DNA of 64,000 nt, from contig CAWBHS010000017.1 in the NCBI GenBank assembly GCA_963788655.1, positions 1 through 64,000 on the forward strand. Reading direction: 5' to 3'. The translations under genes and the position numbers were made by a program. The notes under the pieces are model-generated. The model made no database searches. It was given only the letters and a program-made list of their open reading frames with translations, and had not been told where the DNA came from. Source of the DNA: an uncultured Verrucomicrobiae bacterium. Lineage in GTDB: Bacteria > Verrucomicrobiota > Verrucomicrobiia > Limisphaerales > JAFGQR01. Position 1 is the first letter of the stretch. Each line of letters begins with the position of its first letter. This document shows, one piece after another, positions 19,490 to 32,033 of this stretch.

Positions 19490-22400
19490 TCAGGCCAGTA
19501 AGAGTTCCATTACATCGCCTTCCTGCATCGCGATCCCGTCACTCAGGTTGATTGTTGCTCGTCCGTCTTTTACGGCCAACGTCGCGGTTACTGGCTTACC
19601 GGCCGCAGTCACCGTTACTTGTGTTGGCCGGAAATTCCGCGGGAGTCCGAGTGCTAATGTCCGCAGACGCAACTTGCCCCACTTCAGGGCGATTTGAGCT
19701 TTGAGCTTTGCGGTTTCAAATTGCTGCGCAAACGTCCCCCAGCTCTCGGCGGTGGTGAAGGCGGCTCGGAAGTGCTCCGGCGTCAGGCGAGGCGCAAAAC
19801 CCAGATGCCCTTTCGGACCGTGATGCTCGTAACCGCACGCTGCCAGGTAAACCCCGTAGGCCGCCATCGAACGCGCGTAATGATCGCCGCATTCGACTTC
19901 GTTCCACGGATTGCGGCGGGCCGCATGATACCGGTCGTGGATCGCGCGTGTTACGGCCAATCCCTCTTTCACCAAGCCCTCCCAGATCATGTGTCCGGCG
20001 GCCTGATACTCGAAGCCGTTCATACACTCGTTGAAATAACCGGCCGCCCAATTCGGACCTTTGCCGGCGGCCTTCGCGTAATCCCAGTCGGTGCGCGGGA
20101 ACGTACACATCAGCAGTCCGGCCTCGCCCGCCATGGCATACCAGCGGCCTGGTTTATTGACGTTGCGATACGGGCCCACGTCCGGGGTAAAGTTGTAACG
20201 CCACAACGATTGCAGGGCTGAACGCGTTTCCTTTTCCGGCAGCACCCGGCCAAGGCCGACCTGGAAAGCCCAACTCTGCGCATGAGCTTGGTCGATTTCA
20301 CAACCGGTGCCGGAGTTGATGGCGTCGAGATGCTGAGGGTTGATCTGGTTGACGAAGTATTCGCCATCGAACAATTGCTCGACCAGGAGCCGCCGGCCCT
20401 TTTCCAGGATCGACGCGCACTGCCGGGCAAACGCTTCATCACCGACCTCATGCGCCATTTCCTCACCGGCGCGCAGGGCCGATAAGTAAAGCCCGCTCAA
20501 CCACGCGATGTGCCCCCACCAATCGGCATCCAACGTGTTGTGCTGCGGGCCATCCAGCAGGCCGTCGTTTCCAGTGTCTTTAACCATGAGAAACTCGATG
20601 GACTTCTTTACGCGCGGCCAAAGTCGGCGCAGAAAAGCGTCGTCGCCGCTCATCTGGTGTTCACGGTAGGTGCGCAAAATGCAACCGGACTGGCCGTCCG
20701 CCGCCCAATGATTGTTGTGCTCGGCGCGGAACCGAATGCGGCCCGTGTCAGCATCGAAGCCCACGCCGTAATCGACCACCTCGCGCAGGCTACGTTCCAG
20801 TGGCGGGAAAAGCCGGGCGACGGCGTGCGCATAATGCCAGACGTGCGTGCAGGTGCCGGCGCAGCAACCCACGCCTTCCCATGCGTAGAAGCGGCCATTG
20901 CCGAACCAGTAGCATGTGTTGGTAGCCAGATGCGAAGTCGGCGCCATCGTGCGGTCGAGGAACCAGTAAGGCAGGGTGGAGTCGTACCAGGTGTCGTGCC
21001 ACCGGCGCGTTTGCGAGGTCAGCCGGTCAAATTGTTGCGTCACGTAATCCGCCACCGCCAGCGCATTGGGGAACCGTTGGCCATAGCTGCGACCGTCGTA
21101 ATCACCGAGACCGCTAAGTTTGATGTTGAGAAAGTGCCACGTGATCGCGAACGTGACCGTGGCGGATTGGCCGGCGGCGAGCGACAGTTTTCGGCTGAGC
21201 GCGCCTACGAGTTTTTCACCGAAGGATTTGGCGGCGGGCGTGTCGTTGGCGGCGGGCGTGGAGAAATAGTCGGCGGGGGTCTGCGGATTGGAAAGCGCGG
21301 AAGCCACGATAGTTTGGGATTTCAAATCTGAGCGTTGAGATCCCTCTTCCAGCAACGCCAAACCCATCGTGCCGAAATCCGATTGCTCGTTCAGCACCAC
21401 GCTGGGCGCGCGTGATTCATCGCTGAACACGATGTCGTCCAGGCCGATGTTGCCCCAGCCGCCCGAATCATCATCGACCACTTGCAGCCGGGCCGTTTGG
21501 CCAGCCCAGCGCCGGACATCCAGACTATGCGGCTGCATTCGGTTGTCATTCTTGCCGGTGGCACTGAGCACGACTTTATCATCGATCCGCAAGTTGACGC
21601 AGGTCTTGCCCTGGTGCGCGCCGCCGCCGATCAGGAAGGTGATGAAGTTGCGTTCGATGACGAATGGCTTGCTGGTCAGCGTGCCGGTGGCCGAATCCTT
21701 GGCGCCCACGTCGCCACCGGGAGCGGTGGCATGTGAGTTGACCGTGCGTTTGCCGTGGGCGCCCACGTCGCCCTGGTAACCGGGGATCTTCCCGGTTTCA
21801 ATCGGACCGGCCCCAAACGCCGTTCCGGTGGTGGTCCAACGGTCGTAAGTCGCGCGTTCAAAATCGTCGAAAACAATGTCCGGCCGTTTCGCCGGAGCCG
21901 GCGGCGTGGGCAAAGCTTCGGCACTGCAATCGAGGAAGGCATAGCCGTTGCGCCGCACAATTCGGTTGCGCCGCTGGCCGGCGGTCACATGTGCCGTGTG
22001 CAGGCAAACGGCGTTTTCCAGCCAGCCGGCCAGTTCGGTTTCAACCGGTTGATTGCTGGTATTGTGGATCGTGAACCGCATGACCGTGGCGGGCAACGCA
22101 GAGTCTTCGGGATTCAACGGAATGAACGGGGAGAAGGCTTCGAGCGATACCTGAACAGGCGCGCCCGGATCACGATATTCCACGAAACCAATCGGGTATT
22201 CGCCGTTGAACGTGATTTCCTTCCAGCCGGTGTGATCCAGCGGGCGGACCTGCGGTTGGCCGCCAATGGTAGTCTTCAAAGCAAAGCCTTGATCGAGCGG
22301 CGAAGCGGGCAGCGGAGGGCTGGCGTAATGTCCGTCACCGGTACCGACGACGTGATTGAAGATGTCCCAATGCCACAGCTTCCCATCGCCGCCGAGATAC

Positions 22401-22702
22401 AATTGCCCGGCGCAGATTCCGCCAATCGGCATGCCGATTTTTTGCGATTCCGGCCAGCGATAGACCGTGCGCGTGCCCCGGGCAAAGAGCGACTTCACCC
22501 AGTCGGGATGCAGCTTCTTGTCGGCGGGAACCAGCTTCTCGAAATCGGCTCGCGTGAATGGTCCAGCCATCGCGGGCAGGTTCGACAGCGCCAGGCCGGT
22601 GGCGGCAAGGCCGGTCAATTTGAGAAAGTCGCGGCGAGCCATTTCGGCATGGCAGTCACTGGACGTGCAACCGCAGGCGGACTTAGAGGCAGGCTTTTGC
22701 AT
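19490..22702 (-). CDS. Tat-exported GH116 (non-lysosomal glucosylceramidase-like) glycoside hydrolase with inserted beta-sandwich module
   Basis: RRDFLK; GMPIGGICAG, LEAFSPFIP, FYAWEG, QHNTLD, NPWNEVECGDHYARSMA. Confidence 0.9.
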   Translation of the reverse strand: MQKPASKSACGCTSSDCHAEMARRDFLKLTGLAATGLALSNLPAMAGPFTRADFEKLVPADKKLHPDWVKSLFARGTRTVYRWPESQKIGMPIGGICAGQLYLGGDGKLWHWDIFNHVVGTGDGHYASPPLPASPLDQGFALKTTIGGQPQVRPLDHTGWKEITFNGEYPIGFVEYRDPGAPVQVSLEAFSPFIPLNPEDSALPATVMRFTIHNTSNQPVETELAGWLENAVCLHTAHVTAGQRRNRIVRRNGYAFLDCSAEALPTPPAPAKRPDIVFDDFERATYDRWTTTGTAFGAGPIETGKIPGYQGDVGAHGKRTVNSHATAPGGDVGAKDSATGTLTSKPFVIERNFITFLIGGGAHQGKTCVNLRIDDKVVLSATGKNDNRMQPHSLDVRRWAGQTARLQVVDDDSGGWGNIGLDDIVFSDESRAPSVVLNEQSDFGTMGLALLEEGSQRSDLKSQTIVASALSNPQTPADYFSTPAANDTPAAKSFGEKLVGALSRKLSLAAGQSATVTFAITWHFLNIKLSGLGDYDGRSYGQRFPNALAVADYVTQQFDRLTSQTRRWHDTWYDSTLPYWFLDRTMAPTSHLATNTCYWFGNGRFYAWEGVGCCAGTCTHVWHYAHAVARLFPPLERSLREVVDYGVGFDADTGRIRFRAEHNNHWAADGQSGCILRTYREHQMSGDDAFLRRLWPRVKKSIEFLMVKDTGNDGLLDGPQHNTLDADWWGHIAWLSGLYLSALRAGEEMAHEVGDEAFARQCASILEKGRRLLVEQLFDGEYFVNQINPQHLDAINSGTGCEIDQAHAQSWAFQVGLGRVLPEKETRSALQSLWRYNFTPDVGPYRNVNKPGRWYAMAGEAGLLMCTFPRTDWDYAKAAGKGPNWAAGYFNECMNGFEYQAAGHMIWEGLVKEGLAVTRAIHDRYHAARRNPWNEVECGDHYARSMAAYGVYLAACGYEHHGPKGHLGFAPRLTPEHFRAAFTTAESWGTFAQQFETAKLKAQIALKWGKLRLRTLALGLPRNFRPTQVTVTAAGKPVTATLAVKDGRATINLSDGIAMQEGDVMELLLA

Positions 22703-23067
22703 GGAAATTTTCTAACCGGCAAACGGGCGAATTCCAAGCCTGGAAACAGATCTCACGCAGGGGTCATTCGGGACTGACCCCTACTCGTCGCGTCAAAAAG
22801 AATTTTTTGGCGATAGAATAATTGTGTCTCTTGGCACGAACCTGTAATGGATGACCCCTTCTCAACCTACATTCCAAAATACATTCCACAGGAGTAAACG
22901 GAAGAAACAGAGGTAGAGCAGCTTCCGTCGATCCAAGCGGGGACAAGAATCTTTCCCGACCAATCGCCGCAAGTACCTCAGTCTCTGTTCCCTCTGTTTC
23001 CACATGTAAACCGAATTCGGTCTTCGGGATCAATGGCCAAGCGGTTCGAGGAGGCGTAGATTTCTCC

Positions 23068-24198
23068 ATGAAAATTACCTCATTCCTCTTTGATGCATTT
23101 CTGAAATGCCCGACCAAATGCTGGCTCCGCGCCAATAACGAAACGTCCAGCGGCAACCCGTACGCCGAATGGGTTCAGTCGCAAAACGAATCCTTCCGCG
23201 CCGCCCAAACCGAGCGATTGCTCGCGGAAATCCCGCCGGACGAGGTGGTCCGCGCAACCGGTAGCAGCCGAGGTGACGAGGCTCATTATTCAGCGGAACA
23301 TCTGAAGACTGCCAAATGGCGAATGGCGGTGGACCTCGTCGCGCAAACGCCGGAAACGCCTCGTAGCAGCCGACGTAAGGAGGCGCGAATTGAAGGCCGA
23401 AGCAAGAATGCAAAAGGCGGAAGTGAAGACCAGAGTCTCGTGACCTCGGCGGCTACGATTTCTCAATCCGCAATCCGCAATCCACAATCCGAAATTGAAT
23501 CCCGCCTCCACGCCGTCGAGCGCGTGCCCGCTGAAGGCCGGGGTAAGGCGGCGCAGTTCATTCCCATCCGGTTCAGCTTCTTCAACAAGCTCACCAAGGA
23601 TGACAAGCTGCTGCTGGACATCGATGCCTTCGTGCTCGCGCAAGCGCTGGGACGCGACATCGCCGCCGGCAAGATCATCCACGGCGACGGAAGCTGCGCT
23701 CGCGAGAGCGTGGCTGAATCCAATGATCACCCGACGGGGCTAACAGTAGATGAGAAATCAGCCGCGCTTTCACCAGCGCAGCTACGCCCCACGGTGACCA
23801 AGGTGAAAACCGCGGCTCTGGTGGGCGAAGTGCGCAAACGAAAAGCGAAAACCGTCGAGTTACTCTCCAACGATGCGCCACCCGATCTCGTGCTGAACCG
23901 GCATTGCGGCGAGTGCGAATTCCAGGAGCGCTGCCGCAAGATCGCCATCGAGAAGGACGACCTCAGCCTGCTGGCCGGCATAAGCGCGAAGGAGCGCCAG
24001 AAACTCCGGAGCAAAGGCATCTTCACCGTCACGCAACTCTCGTACACGTTCCGTCCCCGCCGCCGTCCCAAGCGGATGCGCGACAAACGAGAGAAATATC
24101 ACCACTCGCTCAAGGCGCTGGCGATTCGGGAGCAGAAGATTGCCGCAAACAAAAGAAGCCGAACGGTTTCAAGCCAGCCGGGCGCGCGGCGGCTGTAG
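23068..24198 (+). pseudogene. Truncated N-terminus of a TM0106-like RecB-family nuclease / IS66-associated protein with in-frame REP insertions
   Basis: MKITSFLFDAFLKCPTKCWL, PDLVLNRHCGECEF, DDLSLL, GIFTVTQLSYTFRPRR, LKALAIREQKI, then an abrupt end. Confidence 0.7.
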
Positions 24199-24205
24199 TT
24201 TAGAT

Positions 24206-24415
24206 TTGGGCGGCGCGGAAGCGCCACCCTACCAACGTGCGGTAGGGACGCGCTGCCGCGCGTCCCCATCTTCCCGTCACGCGCGTCGAGCGCGGGACGA
24301 AAGAAATTGTGCCGGCGAGAGAGAGCGTTCTGTCGTCCCTGACGGGACTCGTTCCTTTCTACGATTAATTCCAGCGTTGAAACACTGGGCTATTGTGGTC
24401 GCCCTGACGGGCTGG
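24206..24415. repeat. Cluster of REP-like palindromes
   Basis: GGGCGGCGCGGAAGCGCCACCCTACC / GGTAGGGACGCGCTGCCGCGCGTCCC, plus a GTCCCTGACGGGAC...CCAGCGTTGAAACACTGGGCTATT unit of the same family as 34355-34557. Confidence 0.7.
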
Positions 24416-24470
24416 AAGAATGAGCCTCAATCCGATTCAAGCACAGTCGCCGGGTGTATTGCCCATCTTT

Positions 24471-24911
24471 TCAAACTGGGAACAACGAGAAACTTAGCCG
24501 TCTGGCCGCCTCGCGCATCCGCTTGTCGGTGGACACAACTTCCGTTTCTCCGGCCACGCGAGCGGTGGCCAGGTGGAGCGCATCGAGAGTGCGGAGCGGA
24601 ACTGGCTGGGGTGGCTGATAGCATGCAACCAGCACCTGCCCATATTCCCTTTCCAAATCGGCTCCCAATTCCACCAACCGCAACTCGCCGGCGTTTACGT
24701 CCTGTAGCAACTGGGCGTAAAGCATTTGAGCTGTCCCCGCCTGGAGGATGGCTTCCATTTCCTTGCGCTGGAACGTGGCCCGGGCTTCGTAAAGTGCGAT
24801 TCTGGAGGTAACGGGCTTGGCGGAAGCGTTCAGGGCGTAGTGTTCAAAGGCGATCGAGTCCGCCTCCTGCGCGTAGAGCTTCACCAAAGTGGACGTGTCC
24901 CAGTAGCTCAT
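24471..24911 (-). CDS. vapC: PIN-domain VapC toxin
   Basis: YWDTSTLVKLY, YE, LRTLDALHLATA, STDKR. Confidence 0.92.
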   Translation of the reverse strand: MSYWDTSTLVKLYAQEADSIAFEHYALNASAKPVTSRIALYEARATFQRKEMEAILQAGTAQMLYAQLLQDVNAGELRLVELGADLEREYGQVLVACYQPPQPVPLRTLDALHLATARVAGETEVVSTDKRMREAARRLSFSLFPV

Positions 24912-25166
24912 TTAGCAACGATCCGACCGGAGGTCCTCCAGTATCTCCTCGGTCGTGGGCGAAGTCTTGCCGGTGGCGGTGCTTTCGCGCAACTGTCGTA
25001 GCCGCGCCAGCCAAGCCTGTCGATTGGGCATTGGCTCCGGTGGCGGCACCGCGCTAAGTTTGGCCACGGCGCGGCCCTGGCTGGTGATGACCACTTCTTC
25101 GCCTTGCTGCACCAAGTTGACCAGCTTCAACAGGTCAGCCTGGGTTTGTTCTAACGTCGCCGTCAT
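24912..25166 (-). CDS. Phd/YefM family antitoxin
   Basis: LLKLVNLVQQGEEVVITSQGRAVAKL; abuts vapC. Confidence 0.9.
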   Translation of the reverse strand: MTATLEQTQADLLKLVNLVQQGEEVVITSQGRAVAKLSAVPPPEPMPNRQAWLARLRQLRESTATGKTSPTTEEILEDLRSDRC

Positions 25167-25363
25167 AGCAGCATTGAACCATTTTGCTGGGCATAGTCAA
25201 TTTCAACCACGCAGGAACCGTTCACCCATTCAACGAGACTGCCAATGTTCTTGAGCCGTTTGTGCCTCTTTGGTGGCCAGCTCAACTGCGGAATCCAGCG
25301 GTGCTCTGACGAGCCACCGCCACAACCGGTTTGGGTTTTGACGGGGACATGAAGTATGCGGGA

Positions 25364-28164
25364 CTAACGCTGCGCGCGCACGGTTTTGGTTTCACCATTA
25401 ACGACGATTGTTACCGGGCGTGGCTGGGTCGAGGTGATGCGGTAGTCCGTCACCGTGCCGTCCTGCCACTGGAAGTCCACGGTGAAGTTGCCGCGCGCGC
25501 GCAGGCCCTGGACGGAACCCGTCGCCCACGCCTTCGGCAGGGCCGGGAGCAGGCGGAGGATGGGCTGGCCGTCGGGGGTGAGTTCGTGGCTTTGAATCAA
25601 CATTTCAGCCACGGCCGCACAGCCGCCGAAGTTGCCGTCAATCTGAAACGGCGCGTGCAGGCAGAACAGGTTCGGCGCGCCGCGGCCAATCAGCATCGTC
25701 AGCAATTTGTTGGCATGGTCGCCATCCTGCAGGCGAGCCCAGAAGTTAGCCTTCCAGGCCATGGACCAGCCGGTGGAGGCATCGCCGCGACGTTCCAGCG
25801 AAAGTCGCGCGCCTTGGAACAATTCGGGAGCCTGAGGATTGATTTCCGTTCCTGGGTAAAGACCCCACAGGTGCGAACAATGGCGGTGATGAATTTCAGC
25901 TTCCTCGAAATCTTCCTGCCATTCCATGATCCGACCGGCTTGGTTCACGCGGGTGGGCATGAGCCGGGCCCGGGTGGCGTCCAGGCTTCGGGCAAAGTCT
26001 TCGTCGGTTCCGAGGATGCGTGCGGCTTTGGCAGTGCGGGCCAGCAAGTCGCGGATGATTTGCAGGTCAAAGGTTGAGCCCACGCAGAAGGACGTGGTGT
26101 GACTCTTTCCGTCGCGATCTTGGTAGCGGTAGGAATTCTCCGGGGAGTTGGAGGGGGCGGTCACCAGCAAATGGGTCTTGGGATCCTCCACCAATACAGC
26201 CTGACAGAACTCGCTCGCCCCTCGCATCAGCGGATAATACTTCCGCAGAAATTCCTTATCCAACGTGAAAGCATAATGCGTCGCGATGTGCTGGGCCAAC
26301 CAGGCGCCGCAGGTGGGGCCAACGCAAGCCCCCAGGTTGCTCGGCGAAGTGTCATACCAGGGATTCTGCGTGTGGTTCGCCATCCAGCCGGGGGCGTTGT
26401 AATAGGCCTTGGCGGTCTTGGCGCCTTCCCGGGCCACGCCCTCGATAAACCGCATCAGCGGCAGATGGCACTCCGAAAGATTCGCCACCTCGGCCGGCCA
26501 ATAATTCATCTGCAAATTGATATTGCTATGAAAATCGCCGCGCCAGGGGGTGTCGTATTCCTCGGCCCATATCCCTTGCAGATTGGTCGGGAGTTGCGAG
26601 TCTGGCCGCGAGCCGGAAACCATCAGGTGGCGACCGAACTGGAAGTAGAGCGCCGCCAGCGCTGGATCGGGAACGGCTTCCGCTTGGCGGACACGTTCCG
26701 GCGTGGGTAACTTCGAATTGGCGCCCTCGGGCAGCGAGATCCGGCAACGGTTCATGAACGACGAATGGTCGGTTGCTGCCGCGTTTCGAATGGCCGCAAA
26801 CGGTTTCGCCAGGGCCCGGGTTAACCGCTGTCGCACTCCAGACGCATATTCCTTGTCAAACAGGTCCGTGCCGGCGGACACGATGAGCGTTACCTCATCC
26901 GCTCCCGCGATGGACAGGCCGGATTCTGTAGCCGTGACGGTGCCGCCTTGGGTGGTCGCGCCGAGAAGGGCCAGGTAACGCACGCCTTCCCCGGTGGCGC
27001 CTTTGGGCTTGTGGAAAGGAAGCTGGCCTTCCATCCGCTGAAACTCGCCCTCGGTCGCGGTGCTTGCGTTCTCCCGGCGGGACAGGGCCGCAGTCAACGA
27101 GAGGGCACCCGGCTGGCTGGCCTTGAGGTGCAGCGCGATTACTTCATCCGGTTTGGAAACCACCAGTTCGCGCGTGAAACCAACTCCCTCGCGCGTGTAC
27201 CGCGTGGTGGCCACGCCGGTCATCAGATTGAGATCACGCCGGTAATCGTCCGGCACGGAACCCGGGGCGGTGGTCATATCAATGCCCGTCAAGACGATCT
27301 CCGCTACCTGGAAGTAAGCTTCCTGCGGCGTGAACGTGAAACGATAGAACCGGCAGGCGGCTGGCTTGGCGATGTCAAAGGTCTTAGTCTGGTGACGTTG
27401 TTCAAATGGTTTGCCGGGGCGGCGGCGGTCCAGTTCAGTCCAGGTTTTGCCATCCACCGATCCCTCGAGTGCCCACACTTGAGGATCACGATTGGGCATG
27501 TCGTCTCCACTGGTCAAAGTATAAGAGGAGGCGGTCTGCTCCTTGACCAACTCGATCTGCCAAACCACGGCTTGGCCGCCTTATCCACACACCACTTCGT
27601 GCCAGGATCGCCATCCACGCAATTGGCAATCGTTTTCCCGTCCCCGTGCTCGTGTCCGCTGGGCGAGATAACTTTGTTCTCCGTCGCTTTGCCGCCAAAA
27701 TTCAAAGTCAAATCACCCAGCGTTTGATACGATCCGAATTGATCTCGATCATTCCAACCGCGGACACCATCGGCATAACCGAAGTTCCGGGAGAGCTCAC
27801 GCTGCGCTGCGCCGAGGTTGCCGGCAAACAGGTTGCTGCGCACCTCCGGCAGGCATTGATAGGCCCCATAGCGATTGCCGTCGTAGGGACCCCCGGTCCA
27901 GACGGACGACTCGTTGAGCACAATTCGCTGCTGGCTGATCCCACCGAGATCCATGGCTCCCAGCCGGCCATTGCCCAGCACCGAAGATTCATGGAAAGTG
28001 CGAGCGGGCTTCACAAACCACACGCTCATCGGCTCGACCGGAACCCACGCCGCATCGGCCGGTTTCGGATTTTGGCCCGCATCCATTGGCTGGGCCAAAA
28101 GCGGACCCGCGATCCAGGTCAGCAGCGCTGCCTTGCCAATAATCAGCTTCAGGAACTTCTTCAT
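25364..28164 (-). CDS. GH95 alpha-L-fucosidase with inserted F5/8 (CBM32-like) domain; one frameshift near 27570
   Basis: [55 protein letters not shown]. Confidence 0.92.
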
Positions 28165-28320
28165 AAGGCTATCCAGACTTTGGTTTATTTCAGACGGTGT
28201 GGTTCAGGATAGAAGAATCCGTACTGCACGGGAAGCATCAAAAGAGACTGGTTCTTGTTGAATGGATGCCGCTCAGCAAATCGGCTCGCATAATCCGGCG
28301 CCGAGACAGATGCTTCGCGC

Positions 28321-31300
28321 ATGACATTCACCTTAGTAATGCCCTGCGTGCGCTTCGCTCGACGCACGACTTCTCATCCGCTTCAATGCTTCAACTTTTT
28401 GATCCTTCAACCACTTCGTCTTCGGTTCTGCCGCGCTCTATCACTGGCAGCGCTGCTGGCGCTTGTTATTAACGGACGTACTGCCCAAAACGCGGCGAGC
28501 ACCGCGACCGGAATACGCCCGAGTCTCGACCTGGACGGCGTTTGGGAATTTGCCACCGACCCGGAGCGGAGCGGGGAAAAGGAGAAATGGTTCGAGCCGC
28601 AATCCACGTGGCCCGCCATGCCACGGACGGGTTATGCGCCAACCGCCAATGGCACCATTCGCGTTCCCGGGATTTGGGACAATCAAGGGTACGGGACCGA
28701 AACGCCTAAAGTGCGCCACAACTTTGTGGGCTTGGGTTGGTATCGGCGAACAGTCCGGATCCCGTCAGACTGGACGGGCCGGCGGGTGTTTCTTTGGATC
28801 GGTGGCGCGCACCGTTATGCAAAGGCTTGGGTCAACGGCCACTATTTGGGCGAGCACATCGGGTATCTGTCGGCGTTCGAGTTCGAAGTGACGGACCAGG
28901 TGCGAACAGGTCAACCGGCGACGTTGGTCATTCAAGTGGACTCCCAACAACGTTGGGAAGTGGACACGATGTTTGGAGCGTCGGATCTGGCCGATTACAT
29001 GGACGTGGCTTGGGGCGGAATTTGGGGTCACGTGCGGTTGGAGGCGCGGGCTCATGTCTGGCTGAGTGAACTGTTCTTGCAACCTCACGTGAAGACCTCC
29101 AGTTGCACCGCCAGCGCAAGAGTGCATGGCGACGCGGGTCAGGCCGAAGCAATCAGGTTGGAAGTATGGGACAGCAACGGCCAAAAGGTGACGCAGAAAG
29201 AACGTCGCCTCGAAGCTCCGCTGGTTGCCGGTGCCAACGTGCAAATCACCGCGACGATTCCTGAGGCCAGGTTGTGGTCGCCGGATCAGCCGGTGCGGTA
29301 TCGCGCCCGGCTGACTTTGCTCCAGGCTGGCAAACCACTGGATGTGATCGACGATGGCTTTGGAATGCGCGAACTACGTCTCGACGGACCGTTCATCATT
29401 TTGAATGGCAAACGATTGTTCCTGCGCGGTTACGGCGACGATCATATTTATCCGGAGCAAATGGCGATGCCCACGGACAAGGAGCTGTTCCGGCAACGGC
29501 TGCGGCTCATCAAGAGTTACGGATTCAACCACGTTCGCCATCACAGCACCATCATGCCGCCGGAGTATTACGACGCTTGCGACGAGATCGGCATCATGCC
29601 CACGGCGGAGTTTCCCATCGCCTACGCCTCCTACTTGCCGGGCGCGGAGCAATGGAAGCAGCACGTGCCGCCGGGCACCGATCCGGGGCCGGCGTGGGAA
29701 ACCTACCAGCGCGAATGGGCCGCCGCCATCAAACGCCATCGGAATCATCCCTCGATTTTCGCCTGGGTGATGGGCAACGAGTTGTGGAACGGCATTCCGT
29801 TGCGTCACGAATTTCAACGCCTCGCCCGCGAATTGGATCCGCGCCGGCCCTTTGCCGACACCGACGGCGTCACCGAAATGTGGCAGCACATTCTCGATCC
29901 GAAGAACGACCGCGAAACGCTGGACGTTTATTTCCTGATGTTCGACGTGGGCCGCAATCCGTTGGACCTGCCGGACAAATTCAAAACGCCTCGACCGATC
30001 AAACCGATTATCTCGCATGAGACGGGCAACTACGTGACGTTCACCCGGCCCGATTCGGCGGCAGCCTTCCGCGCCAACATCAAACCGTTTTGGATGACGG
30101 AAGGCCGGACCAAACTCGAGCGCTTGGGTTTGCTGGATGAAGCGCCGCAGTGGGCGGAAGCATCCGAACGGCTCTATGGTCTGCTGCACAAGACCAACCT
30201 GGAGGCGCTGCGGAAGAATCCCTTCATCTCCGGTTATCACTGGTGGTTGTTTCAAGACTATTGGACCACGGCCAACGGTTTGGTGGATCATTGCTTTCGT
30301 CCCAAGTCCATTACGGCGGACACGGTACGCCGGTTCAACAATGAGGTGGTCTTGCTCCAGGATGGTTTGGAACTGACCTACCGAGGCGAGGAACTGATGA
30401 CGGTGAAATTGCTCGTGTCCAACTATTCTCCCGGATTGCTGACTGACGGCCGGTGCGCATGGTCGTTGCGAGCGAATGACCAGGCGATTGCGGGTGACCA
30501 ATTACCGGGCGCGCACGTGGGGCAGGGGGACGTGGCACAAGTGGGGCATTTGGAATTAACCTTGCCGGACGTCAAAGAGCCGACGCGGTTACACCTTGAA
30601 GTGGAATGGCTGGACAACTCTCTGAAGACATCCGCTGCCTCCCAAAAGCGCTGGCAGAATGATTGGACCACTTGGCTGTATCCGCAGTCCATCGCGAAGC
30701 CGGCGATACCGGTTCCGCTATATGGCAGTGCGGCACAATTGAAGCGGTGGCCGGAATTGGGTCTGGCGCCAATTCCCCAAACGGGCGAATTGCCCAAGCG
30801 CGCGGTTTACGTGATGGGCCATCTCAACCGGCGGGTGCTGTCCACGGTGGAACAGGGCGCCTGCCTGGTGTTGCTCCAGGGCGGGCGAGTGTTCAATTCG
30901 CGGCCGTTGACGTTCCGCAGCTCGTGGTGGAAAGCCGGCGACGACTTGAACGCCAACCTGTGCGGAACGCGAGTGTATGATTATCCCATCACCCGCGCCA
31001 TGGCGCCGGACGGTTGGTGCGATGCGGGTTGGTTCCACTTGCTCGAAGGCGGAAGGAAAATCATCCTCGAGCAATTTCCCCAGCGTCCGCAAGTGATCAT
31101 TCGCGCGCTGCCCAGCCTGCGAGCGGTGGAGGACGACGCGATCCTGTTCGAGGTGGGACTGGGTCAGGGTGCGTTGCTGGTGAGTGGCCTGAACCATGAA
31201 CAAAGTCGCGGCCGGCCGGAGAACGATTGGCTCCTTGCGCAAATGATGAAGCATGCCGCTACCTTGCCAAGCCCCAAGGTCAAGTGGCCCCTGGCGGCCT

Positions 31301-31824
31301 TGCCGCTGGCGGAGCGTTGGCACTGGACGGGGCGCTTTCCGGCTTTGCGAAGCTGGTGCGCAATGACGGCGAAGAAGGCGTCTGGTATTCCTTTCGCGAA
31401 GACAATGTGAAGATGCCCATCTGCCGTCAGACCCAGCTCGGCCACCTGGTCGAATGGGAAACGGCACCGGTGCCGACCGATGGGAAGGAAGATCGGGTGA
31501 CGTTCGTTTTTGCCGGCGGACTGGGTTATCGCTCGGAGCCCAAGACTGACGGATTTGTGTTCCTCGTGAACGGTTCGGAGCAAGTCCGCTTCGACCTGCC
31601 CGAGCAGACCAACCAGTGGCAATCCGCCGACGGACGAGTAACCATGCGCTTTCGTGACATTGCGCCAGTTGCCCCACGATCAACTGGGATTGTTCCAGAT
31701 AACGTTGGCCAGCACCTTCTGCCAGCCAGGGAAACCTTGCCGGTTCGGCGTGCGCTCACTGGGACAGGGCAGCCGGCGCTGGTTTGGTCTGAACCTCTAT
31801 ACCGACGCGAACGAAGCGGAATAG
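28321..31824 (+). CDS. GH2 family glycoside hydrolase; frameshifts near 31310 and 31660
   Basis: LDLDGVWEF, GWYRR, FGMREL, GFNHVRHHS, CDEIG, RNHPSIFAWVMGNE, HETG. Start uncertain. Confidence 0.88.
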
Positions 31825-32033
31825 GATAAGGACAAGGGGTTCCAATCCGTTGACCCAAAAAGGGCGCCAGTTGTCGGCCAAACCGCCATGAGTGGCTTCA
31901 GCGCGCCCAGGCACCCCTTCGTCGCCGCAATTTCTCCCGCGTGGTTGCGGGCCGGCAGAATTGCTGGCAACCTTGAGCGCGAAATTAATACTGTCGGACA
32001 AATGTCAACCATCAGTGCCCGAACGCAGATCGC

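Noticed and set aside
22764..23156. 130-aa minus-strand ORF
   Set aside because: It overlaps the TM0106-like start and has no recognisable motif.
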